This document shows, piece after piece, positions 23,570 through 31,410 of a stretch of DNA of 32,000 nt (the stretch's first letter is position 1; each line of letters begins with the position of its first letter). The DNA is from Delftia acidovorans NBRC 14950 (GTDB taxonomy: Bacteria; Pseudomonadota; Gammaproteobacteria; Burkholderiales; Burkholderiaceae_C). A model generated the notes under the pieces. The model saw only the letters and a list, made by a program, of their open reading frames with translations. It ran no database searches and had not been told where the DNA came from. The translations under genes were made by a program, and so were the position numbers. The DNA lies in assembly GCF_001598795.1 (NCBI RefSeq), contig NZ_BCZP01000030.1, positions 1 to 32,000 on the forward strand, given 5' to 3'.

Positions 23570-24525
23570 GCACCAACCTCCAGGCCTTCGTGCACACGCT
23601 GCGCTTCGAGGCCCAGGACACCATCAGCGTGGACCTGCGGCCCGTGGCGGGCGGAGAGCTTCCCGCCTTCACGCCGGGCTCGCACATCGATCTGCACCTG
23701 CCCAACGGCCTGGTGCGCAGCTACTCGCTGAGCAACCCCAGCGAAGAGCGCCACCGCTACGTGGTCGGCGTGCTGCGCGACCGCGCCAGCCGCGGCGGCT
23801 CGCGCTGCGTGCACGAGTCGCTGCGCGTGGGCATGCCCATCACCATCTCCGAGCCGCGCAACCATTTCGCGCTGGATGAAAGCGCCGCGCACACCGTGCT
23901 GGTGGCCGGCGGCATCGGCATCACGCCGCTGCTGTGCATGGCGCGCCGGCTCAAGGGCCAGGGCCGCTCGTTCGAGATGCTGTACTTCGCCCGCGAGCGC
24001 AAGGGCGCGGCCTTCCTGGAAGAGCTGCAGGCGCTGGGCATGCCGCTGCACCTGCACTTCGACAGCGAGGCCGGTGGCCCGCCCGACCTGCGCGCGCTGC
24101 TGGCCCAACGGCAGCCCGATGCGGGCACGCACCACTACGCCTGCGGCCCCACGCCCATGCTGGACGCCTTCGAGAAGTTCTGCGCCGAGCTGGGCCACGC
24201 CAACGCCCACGTCGAGCGCTTCACGCCCGTGGAGGTCAAGGCCGCCGACGACGCGCGCAGCAACTACACGGTGGAGCTCAAGCGCAGCGGCCGCTTCATC
24301 GAGATCACGCCCGAGAAGTCGCTGCTCGACACCCTGCTGGATGCCGGCATCCAGATGGACCACAGCTGCTGCGAAGGCGTCTGCGGCTCCTGCGAGACGC
24401 GCGTGCTCGAAGGCATTCCGGACCACCGCGACTCGGTGCTCAGCCCCAAGGAAAAGGCCAGCAACAAAGTGATGATGGTCTGCGTTTCCGGCTGCAAGAG
24501 CGAGCGACTGGTCCTGGATATCTGA
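23566..24525 (+). CDS. PDR/VanB-type oxidoreductase (FMN + NAD(P)H + plant-type [2Fe-2S])
   Basis: The start is an ATGA overlap with the Rieske stop, giving 319 aa. Motifs are RSYSLS (flavin), VAGGIGITP (NAD) and the C-terminal CCEGVCGSCETRV...MMVCVS (Cx4Cx2C...C ferredoxin). Confidence 0.9.
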   Translation: MSTNLQAFVHTLRFEAQDTISVDLRPVAGGELPAFTPGSHIDLHLPNGLVRSYSLSNPSEERHRYVVGVLRDRASRGGSRCVHESLRVGMPITISEPRNHFALDESAAHTVLVAGGIGITPLLCMARRLKGQGRSFEMLYFARERKGAAFLEELQALGMPLHLHFDSEAGGPPDLRALLAQRQPDAGTHHYACGPTPMLDAFEKFCAELGHANAHVERFTPVEVKAADDARSNYTVELKRSGRFIEITPEKSLLDTLLDAGIQMDHSCCEGVCGSCETRVLEGIPDHRDSVLSPKEKASNKVMMVCVSGCKSERLVLDI

Positions 24526-24560
24526 GCAGGCAATCAGACCTGCAAGGCAACAACCCACCA

Positions 24561-24584
24561 CCCCCAAGCCACCCCCCAAGCCAC
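24561..24584 (+). repeat. Perfect tandem duplication of the 12-mer CCCCCAAGCCAC in the porin 5' leader
   Basis: Read directly as 24561-24572 and 24573-24584. It is embedded in a G-poor, C/A-rich tract (24546-24590) upstream of the RBS AGAGGAG. Confidence 0.9.
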
Positions 24585-24606
24585 CACCCCCAGAGGAGAC
24601 AACCCC

Positions 24607-25674
24607 ATGAAAACCATCCATACGCCCATGCTGGGCGTGGCGCTAGCCTGCCTGGCGTCCTTGCCCGGTGCCGCTTCGGCGCAGTCCAAGGTCGAGATCT
24701 TCGGCGTCGTCGATGTCGGCGTCACGCACCTGAACGGTTCCGGCCCCTCCAAGACCGGCCTGTCCACGGGCGGCGCCAACATCAGCCGCCTCGGCTTTCG
24801 CGGCACGGAAGAGCTGGGCGGCGGCCTGCGCGCGGGCTTCTGGCTGGAGGCGGGCATGGACGTGGACAGCGGCTCGGGCAAGGCCAGCGGTGGCGGCCTG
24901 AGCTTCAACCGCCGCTCCACCGTGAGCCTGTCGGGCGACTTCGGCGAAGTGCGCCTGGGCCGCGATGACTCGGCCACCTTCCTGAGCACGCTGATCTTCG
25001 ACCCCTTCCTCACCAACGGCGTGGGCGGCACCATGGGCTTCACCATGCTGGGCATTCCCGGCACGGGCACGGCCACGGGCGGCGCGCCCATCCAGATCAG
25101 CAACGCGGTCAGCTACTTCCTGCCGCAGAACCTGGGCGGCTTCTACGGCCAGGTGCAGGTGGCCATGGGCGAGCAGGCGCGCAGCGCGCCCAACAAGAAC
25201 CAGGGCGACTACCGCGGCCTGCGCTTCGGCTACCGCCAGGGCCCCTTCAACGGCGCACTGGCCACGGGCAAGTTCTATGGCGACAGCGATGCGACCAACC
25301 TCACGGCCAGCAACGTGGGCCTGAGCTGGGACTTCGGCGTGGCCAAGCCCATGCTGCTGTGGGCCAGCGAAAAGCGTGGCGCCCTCAAGGTCACCGCCCT
25401 GCAGCTGGGCGTGACCGCGCCCGTGGGCATGGGCGAGTTCAAGGCCTCCTACGGCCACTACAACACCGACGGCAGCAATGCCGACTGGAACAAGATCAGC
25501 GTGGGCTACGGGCACAACCTGTCCAAGCGCACCCAGGTCTACGGCACGGTGGCCTTCCTCAAGAACAAGGACGGCGCGGCCAAGTCCATCGGCGTGCAGG
25601 GCCTGTCGGCCCCGGGCACCACGCTGGGCGGCCGCTCCTCCGGCTTCGAGGTGGGCGTGCGCCACTTCTTCTGA
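24607..25674 (+). CDS. Outer-membrane porin (Gram-negative trimeric porin, Burkholderiales type)
   Basis: 355 aa. The signal peptide ends ...PGAASA|QSKVEIFGVVDVGV. The sequence has an alternating beta-strand pattern, SRLGFRGTEELGGGL, and a C-terminal ...GFEVGVRHFF with a terminal Phe. Confidence 0.85.
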   Translation: MKTIHTPMLGVALACLASLPGAASAQSKVEIFGVVDVGVTHLNGSGPSKTGLSTGGANISRLGFRGTEELGGGLRAGFWLEAGMDVDSGSGKASGGGLSFNRRSTVSLSGDFGEVRLGRDDSATFLSTLIFDPFLTNGVGGTMGFTMLGIPGTGTATGGAPIQISNAVSYFLPQNLGGFYGQVQVAMGEQARSAPNKNQGDYRGLRFGYRQGPFNGALATGKFYGDSDATNLTASNVGLSWDFGVAKPMLLWASEKRGALKVTALQLGVTAPVGMGEFKASYGHYNTDGSNADWNKISVGYGHNLSKRTQVYGTVAFLKNKDGAAKSIGVQGLSAPGTTLGGRSSGFEVGVRHFF

Positions 25675-25703
25675 TACAGCCCATCGGGCGATAGAGACTT
25701 GCC

Positions 25704-26999
25704 ATGAAAGATATGCGTGCGGCCCGCTGGTGGGGGGTGATCAGCCTCTTCATCATCGTCGCCATCTCCTATGTGGACCGGATCAACCTTTCGATCCTCA
25801 TCCTCGACCAGGGATTCCTGGACCACATCGGGCTGACGCACGACGACCGCACGCGCCAGGGCCTGCTGGCCACGGCCTTCATGGTGGGCTACGGCGTTTC
25901 TTCCTTCGTGTTGACGCCGTTTTGCGCGGCGCTCTTCGGCGTGCGCCGAAGCCTGGTGGTCGGCCTGCTGCTGTGGGGCGCCGTGTCCTTTCTGTCCCCG
26001 GCCATGAACAGCTATGGCCTGCTGCTGGCCTCGCGCATCCTGCTGGGCATCTCCGAAGGGCCGCTGTACTCGCTGGCGGGCAGCTACATCAAGGCGCATT
26101 TCCAGAGCCACGAGAACGGCCTGCCCAACTCCTTCGTGAACATGGGCACGGGACTGGGGCTGGCGGTGGGCTACCCGCTGATCGGCTACCTGGTGGCCGG
26201 CCATGACTGGCAGACCTCGTTCCACGTGCTGGGGCTGATCAATGTGGCCATCGGCATCCCGCTGGTGCTGGCCTTCATCCGCATGCCCCGCGTGGACACC
26301 GGCATGCCGCGCCCGCGCTCGCTGGGCGAGGCGGTGGGACAGGTCGGCCAGATCGTGCGCGGCGCCATGCACACGCGCTATCTGGTGCTGGTGGCCGTGC
26401 TGTCGGCGGCCTTCTTCTCCTACCTCTGGGGCAGCAGCAACTGGCTGCCGGCCTATCTGGAGTCGCGCGGCTTTTCGCTGCGCGAGATGGGCTGGCTGGC
26501 CTCGCTGCCGCAGTACGCCACGGTGCTGGCCGTGCTGGTCGGCGGCATCGTCATCGACCGCCTGCCGCGCCGCCAGGTGCCGCTGATCTTCGTCGGCGGC
26601 AGCCTGGGCCTGGCGCTGGCCATCTGGCTGGCCATCCACATGGAAGACCGCTACGCGGCGGCCTACTGCCTGATCGCCGCCAACTTCTGCTGGGGCCTGA
26701 TGAGCCCGGCCATCCCCAGCACCGTGCAGTACTGCGCGCGGCCCGAGCATGTGGCCAGCGCCTACGGCGTCGTCAACGGCACGGCGACCCTGGTGGCGGG
26801 CTTCATGCCTGCGCTCATGGGGGCCGTCATCGGCTGGACCTCGCATTCGGCCGGTGGCGGGTTCGTCGCAGGCTTCAGCCTGCTGGTGGGCACGCAGCTG
26901 GTGGTCATGGTCTGCGGCCTGGTGCTGTGGCTGCGCGAGCGCCGCCAGGGCGCCGACAGTGCCAGCGATGCCCGGGACAGGTCCGCGCGCACGGCCTGA
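25704..26999 (+). CDS. MFS transporter (anion:cation symporter-like)
   Basis: 431 aa and apparently 12 TM. FIIVAISYVDRINLSIL and LASRILLGISEGPLYS resemble ACS-family organic-acid permeases. Confidence 0.8.
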   Translation: MKDMRAARWWGVISLFIIVAISYVDRINLSILILDQGFLDHIGLTHDDRTRQGLLATAFMVGYGVSSFVLTPFCAALFGVRRSLVVGLLLWGAVSFLSPAMNSYGLLLASRILLGISEGPLYSLAGSYIKAHFQSHENGLPNSFVNMGTGLGLAVGYPLIGYLVAGHDWQTSFHVLGLINVAIGIPLVLAFIRMPRVDTGMPRPRSLGEAVGQVGQIVRGAMHTRYLVLVAVLSAAFFSYLWGSSNWLPAYLESRGFSLREMGWLASLPQYATVLAVLVGGIVIDRLPRRQVPLIFVGGSLGLALAIWLAIHMEDRYAAAYCLIAANFCWGLMSPAIPSTVQYCARPEHVASAYGVVNGTATLVAGFMPALMGAVIGWTSHSAGGGFVAGFSLLVGTQLVVMVCGLVLWLRERRQGADSASDARDRSARTA

Positions 27000-27005
27000 C
27001 CTGCA

Positions 27006-27914
27006 CTACAGCGCACCCGCTGCGGCGCACTGCTCCAGAAACGTCACCAGGGCCTGCACGCGCGCCGTGCGGCCCTTGCGCGTGGGCACCAGCAGGGTGA
27101 CGGGCGCGCTGCCGAAATGCCAGTCCGGCAGCACGCGCACCAGCCGGCCCTCGGCAACGGCCTGCTCCATGTCCCATTGCGAACGCAGCACCAGGCCCAG
27201 GCCCTGCTCGGCCCAGTGGCGGGCCACGCCGCCGTCGTTGGTGACGTAGGACGGCGTCACGCGCAGGGTCTGGCCGTCCGCGGCACGCCGGCTGGCGGCC
27301 GGGCGCAGGTGCCACAGCGTCACGTCTTCCTCGTTCTCGCGGATGCAGATGCAGGCGTGCTCCAGCAATTCGCGCGGCGTGGCGGGCGTGCCGTGGCGGC
27401 GCAGGTAGTCGGGGCTGGCGCACAGCCAGCGGTCATTGGCGGCCAGTTCGCGCGCCACCCAGGAGGAGTCGCGCACCGCGCCGATGTGGACCACGGCGTC
27501 GGCATCGTGGCGGTCGGGGAAGGGCGTTTCGCGCAGGTCCAGCTGCAGTTTCAGTTGCGGGTGCTGGCGCGTGAAGGGCACCAGGGCCGGGGCCAGCCGG
27601 CTGCGCCCGTAGCCAAAGGGCGCGGCAATGCGCAGCGTGCCGCCCAGCTGGCGGGCATCGCCGTGCAGCGAGTCGCGCAGCTCCTCGATCTGGCCCAGCA
27701 GCCGCACGGCCTCGCGGGCGAAGCGCTCGCCCTCGGGCGTCAGCGCCAGGCGCCGCGCGCTGCGGTTGGCCAGGGACAGGCCCAGTTCTGCCTCCAGCCG
27801 GCGCAGCCGCATGGACAGGGCAGGCGGCGTCACATCGAGCGCACGGGCTGCGGCGCTCAGCGAGCTTTCGCGCAGCAGGGCGGCGGCAAGCTGCAGGTCT
27901 TCGATGGCAATCAT
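27006..27914 (-). CDS. LysR-family transcriptional regulator
   Basis: 302 aa. MIAIEDLQLAAALLRESSLSAAARALDVTPPALSMRLRRLEAELGLSL... is a LysR HTH. It is divergent from the HAD / dehydratase / RidA operon. Confidence 0.85.
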   Translation of the reverse strand: MIAIEDLQLAAALLRESSLSAAARALDVTPPALSMRLRRLEAELGLSLANRSARRLALTPEGERFAREAVRLLGQIEELRDSLHGDARQLGGTLRIAAPFGYGRSRLAPALVPFTRQHPQLKLQLDLRETPFPDRHDADAVVHIGAVRDSSWVARELAANDRWLCASPDYLRRHGTPATPRELLEHACICIRENEEDVTLWHLRPAASRRAADGQTLRVTPSYVTNDGGVARHWAEQGLGLVLRSQWDMEQAVAEGRLVRVLPDWHFGSAPVTLLVPTRKGRTARVQALVTFLEQCAAAGAL

Positions 27915-27986
27915 TCAATTTGCCTTAACGATTGATGACGGCGGATTTAACCACGGGCACAGGTTCCATCCGTACAGTTCCAGGCC

Positions 27987-28661
27987 ATGAACACCCCAGC
28001 CCCACTGACGGAACCGACCGCCGCCGCCTGGCCCCGTGCCGTGCTTTTCGACCTGCTGACCGCCTTGCTCGACTCCTGGACGGTATGGAACAGCGCTGCC
28101 GGCAGCGAGGCCGCAGGGCGCGACTGGCGCGCCGAGTACCTGCGCCTGACCTATGGCTGCGGCGCCTACCAGCCCTATGAAGACCTGGTGCGCGAGGCGG
28201 CCCGCAACCGGGGCCTGCCCGCCTCGGCCGCCGACCGGCTGGAGGCGCAATGGGACCAGCTGCAGCCCTGGGATGGCGCGCGCGAGTTGCTGGCCGCCCT
28301 GCGCCCGCACTGCCGCCTGGCCGTGGTGACCAATTGCTCCGAGCGCCTGGGTCAGCGTGCCGCCGCGCTGCTGGGCGTGGATTGGGATGTGGTGGTCACC
28401 TCGGAAGCAGCAGGCTTCTACAAGCCCGACCCCCGGCCCTACCAGCTGGCGCTGGACCGGCTGGGGCTGCCTGCGGACCAGGCCGCCTTTGTGGCCGGTT
28501 CGGGCTATGACCTGTTCGGCACCTCGGCCGTGGGCCTGCGCACCTTCTGGCACAACCGCGTGGGTCTGTCGCGGCCCGATGGAGCGCCTGCCGCCGAAGC
28601 TGAAGCTTCCACGCTGGCCCCCGCCTTGCCCTGGCTGCGCGGCTTTGCCGCAGGCCGCTGA
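27987..28661 (+). CDS. HAD-superfamily hydrolase (type II haloacid dehalogenase-like)
   Basis: 224 aa. Motifs are VLFDLLTALLD (compare FDAYGTLFD), VVTNCS, FYKPDPRPY and VAGSGYDLFG. Confidence 0.7.
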   Translation: MNTPAPLTEPTAAAWPRAVLFDLLTALLDSWTVWNSAAGSEAAGRDWRAEYLRLTYGCGAYQPYEDLVREAARNRGLPASAADRLEAQWDQLQPWDGARELLAALRPHCRLAVVTNCSERLGQRAAALLGVDWDVVVTSEAAGFYKPDPRPYQLALDRLGLPADQAAFVAGSGYDLFGTSAVGLRTFWHNRVGLSRPDGAPAAEAEASTLAPALPWLRGFAAGR

Positions 28662-28689
28662 CTGTGCCAAGTCTCTTTCAGGAGCCGCC

Positions 28690-29832
28690 ATGCAAGACAC
28701 TCTTTTGACGCTGGACACGCCCGCTGCCGTGATCGACCTCGACCGCATGCAGCGCAACATCGCCCGCATGCAGCAGCGCATGGACGCGCAGGGCGTGCGC
28801 CTGCGCCCCCATGTGAAGACCAGCAAGAGCGTGCCCGTGGCCGCCGCGCAGCGTGCGGCCGGGGCCTCGGGCATCACGGTCTCCACCCTGAAGGAGGCCG
28901 AGCAGTTCTTTGCGGCAGGCACCACCGACATCCTGTATGCCGTGAGCATGGCGCCGCACCGCCTGCCGCAGGCCCTGCAACTGCGCCGGCGCGGCTGCGA
29001 CCTCAAGCTCATCGTGGACAGCGTGGCGGCGGCCCAGGCCATTGCCGCGTTCGGCCGCGAGCAGGGCGAGGCCTTCGAGGTGTGGATAGAGATCGACACC
29101 GACGGCCACCGCTCCGGCGTGGGCGCAGACGACACGCCGCTGCTGCTGGCCATTGGCCGCACGCTGCACGACGGCGGCATGCGCCTGGGCGGTGTGCTCA
29201 CGCATGCGGGCTCCAGCTACGAGCTGGATACGCCCGAGGCGCTGCAGGCGCTGGCCGAGCGCGAGCGCGCCGGCTGCGTGCAGGCCGCCGAGGCCCTGCG
29301 CGCGGCCGGCCTGCCGTGCCCCGTGGTCAGCGTGGGCTCCACGCCCACGGCGCTGGCGGCCAGCCGGCTGGACGGTGTGACCGAGGTGCGCGCAGGCGTC
29401 TACGTGTTCTTCGACCTGGTGATGCGCAACATCGGCGTGTGCACGGCCGAGGACGTGGCGCTGTCGGTGCTGGCCACCGTGATCGGCCACCAGGCCGACA
29501 AGGGCTGGGCCATCGTGGATGCGGGCTGGATGGCCATGAGCCGCGACCGCGGAACGGCCCGGCAGAAACAGGATTTCGGCTACGGCCAGGTCTGCGACCT
29601 GCAGGGGCTGGTGATGCCGGGCTTCGTGCTCACGGGCGCCAACCAGGAGCACGGCATTCTGGCCCGGGCCGATGGCGCGGCGGAGGCCGACATCGCCACG
29701 CGCTTTCCCCTGGGCACGCGGCTGCGCATCCTGCCCAACCATGCCTGCGCCACGGGCGCGCAGTTCCCGGCCTACCAGGCGCTGGCGGCAGATGGCTCGG
29801 TGCAAACCTGGGAGCGGCTCCATGGCTGGTGA
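28690..29832 (+). CDS. dthadh: D-threo-3-hydroxyaspartate dehydratase-like PLP enzyme (DSD1 / D-serine dehydratase-like, alanine-racemase fold)
   Basis: The ATG at 28690 follows AGGAG and gives 380 aa. RPHVK43TSK is the PLP-lysine context and ILPNH351AC353ATG is the metal site. Length and residue numbers match my recollection of the Delftia sp. HT23 enzyme; this is memory, not a search. Confidence 0.75.
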   Translation: MQDTLLTLDTPAAVIDLDRMQRNIARMQQRMDAQGVRLRPHVKTSKSVPVAAAQRAAGASGITVSTLKEAEQFFAAGTTDILYAVSMAPHRLPQALQLRRRGCDLKLIVDSVAAAQAIAAFGREQGEAFEVWIEIDTDGHRSGVGADDTPLLLAIGRTLHDGGMRLGGVLTHAGSSYELDTPEALQALAERERAGCVQAAEALRAAGLPCPVVSVGSTPTALAASRLDGVTEVRAGVYVFFDLVMRNIGVCTAEDVALSVLATVIGHQADKGWAIVDAGWMAMSRDRGTARQKQDFGYGQVCDLQGLVMPGFVLTGANQEHGILARADGAAEADIATRFPLGTRLRILPNHACATGAQFPAYQALAADGSVQTWERLHGW

Positions 29833-30217
29833 AAGCGGGATAGATCTGCGCCATGCATCGCCGAACCTGCCTGCGCCGGGCGGCCACTACAGCCACACGG
29901 CCACGGGCCAGGGGCTGGTCTTCGTGTCAGGGCAGCTGCCCATACGGCCCGACGGCACGCGCCTGGTGGATGCCGGTTTCGAGGACCAGGCCCGGCAGGC
30001 GCTGGCCAACCTGGCAGCGGCGCTGGAGCTGGCCGGCAGCGGCGTGCCGCGGCTGCTGCAGGTGCGCGTGTACCTGGACGACATGGCGCACTGGCCGGCC
30101 TTTGACCGCATCTACGCGGACTGGGCCGGCGCGCACCGGCCCGCGCGCGCCGTGGTGCCCACGGGGGCGCTGCATTTCGGGTTGAAGGTGGAGATCGAGG
30201 CCGTGGCGCTGGCCTGA
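29822..30217 (+). CDS. ridA: RidA/YjgF-family reactive enamine/imine deaminase
   Basis: The ATG at 29822 overlaps the upstream gene by 11 nt and gives 131 aa. Blocks are APGGHYSHTATGQGLVFVSGQLP, ...QARQALANLAAALELAG... and ...PARAVVPTGALHFGLKVEIEAVA. Confidence 0.85.
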   Translation: MAGESGIDLRHASPNLPAPGGHYSHTATGQGLVFVSGQLPIRPDGTRLVDAGFEDQARQALANLAAALELAGSGVPRLLQVRVYLDDMAHWPAFDRIYADWAGAHRPARAVVPTGALHFGLKVEIEAVALA

Positions 30218-30226
30218 GAAGGCGTT

Positions 30227-30244
30227 CCGGCCCGGGGGGGCCGG
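30227..30244. terminator. GC hairpin between convergent ridA and corA (no U-tract)
   Basis: CCGGCCC-GGGG-GGGCCGG has a 7-bp stem. It occupies most of the 33-nt gap between the two stop codons. Confidence 0.35.
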
Positions 30245-30250
30245 CTGCCG

Positions 30251-31237
30251 CTACTTCAGCCAGCCGCGCTTGCGGAAGTAGAGCATGGGCCCCACGGCGC
30301 TGAGCACCATGAGCCCGATGACGTAGACGTAGCCGAACTCCCATTCCAGCTCGGGCATGAACTTGAAGTTCATGCCGTAGACGCTGGCGATCAGCGTGGG
30401 CGGCAGCAGGGCCACGCTGGCCACCGAGAAGATCTTGATGATCTTGTTCTGGTTGATGTTGATGAAGCCGACCGTGGCATCCATCAGGAAGTTGATCTTG
30501 TCGAAGAGGAAGGCCGTGTGGCTGTCCAGCGATTCGATGTCGCGCAGGATCTGGCGCGCTTCCTCGAACTGCTCGGCATTGAGCATCTTGGAACGCATCA
30601 TGAAGCTGACGGCGCGGCGCGTGTCCATGACGTTGCGGCGGATGCGGCCGTTCAAGTCTTCCTGGCGCGCAATGGCGCCCAGCACCTCGCGGGCCACGTC
30701 GTCGGTCACGTCGCCGGACAGCACCATCTGGCTGGCTTTTTCGAGGTCGTCGTAGATGCGCTCCAGCGTGTCGGCCGAGTATTCGGCGTCGGCGTCGAAG
30801 AGCTTGAGCAGCACGTCCTTGGCCTCGTCGATCAGGCCCGGCGCGCGGCGCGCGCGCATGCGCAGCAGGCGAAAGACGGGCACGTCCTCGTCGTGGATGG
30901 AGAAAAGCACGCCGCAGCTGCGCAGGTTCTTGTTGTGCTCGTTGACGATGAAGGCCACGCGCACCGAACGCGGGTCCTCGTCATCGTCGATCAGGAAGTC
31001 GCTGCGGATGTGCAGCTCGCCGTTGTCTTCCTCGTAGAAGCGGGCGGATTCCTCGATGTCGTCGTCCATCGCATCCTCGGGGATGGACAGCTCGTAGTGC
31101 TGCTTGATCCAGCGCTTTTCCTCGACCGTGGGCGACTCCAGGTCCACCCAGATCGGCTTGAAGCGGGACAGCTCCTCCAGCGACTCGATCTCTTCTTGAA
31201 CCAGGCGGCCATTGGCCAGCGTAAAGATGTTGAGCAT
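30251..31237 (-). CDS. corA: CorA-family Mg2+/Co2+ transporter
   Basis: The ATG at 31237 follows GGAG and gives 328 aa. There is an acidic N-terminal cytoplasmic domain and the C-terminal ...LLPPTLIASVYGMNFKFMPEL... holds the YGMN signature, followed by the final TM. Confidence 0.9.
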   Translation of the reverse strand: MLNIFTLANGRLVQEEIESLEELSRFKPIWVDLESPTVEEKRWIKQHYELSIPEDAMDDDIEESARFYEEDNGELHIRSDFLIDDDEDPRSVRVAFIVNEHNKNLRSCGVLFSIHDEDVPVFRLLRMRARRAPGLIDEAKDVLLKLFDADAEYSADTLERIYDDLEKASQMVLSGDVTDDVAREVLGAIARQEDLNGRIRRNVMDTRRAVSFMMRSKMLNAEQFEEARQILRDIESLDSHTAFLFDKINFLMDATVGFININQNKIIKIFSVASVALLPPTLIASVYGMNFKFMPELEWEFGYVYVIGLMVLSAVGPMLYFRKRGWLK

Positions 31238-31410
31238 AGGCTCACTCCAGGTGTTCTTCTCAGGCGTGCGGGGTATCGGAGGTGCTTTCAACCCCACAGG
31301 CCAACCGGGAGTTGAAAGCTACCAACTGGGGTAGGTTTCCACGGAGCTTTCTCCAAGATGCAAAGCGTTGGATTATGCAGCGTTGCGCTGCAGCATGCGG
31401 GCCGGCTGCG

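Noticed and set aside
31238-31400. An M-box (ykoK) Mg2+ riboswitch in the corA leader
   Set aside because: I cannot recognise the conserved M-box core from memory in this sequence, and the leader is much shorter than that element. Only the hairpin and its alternative pairing are reported.
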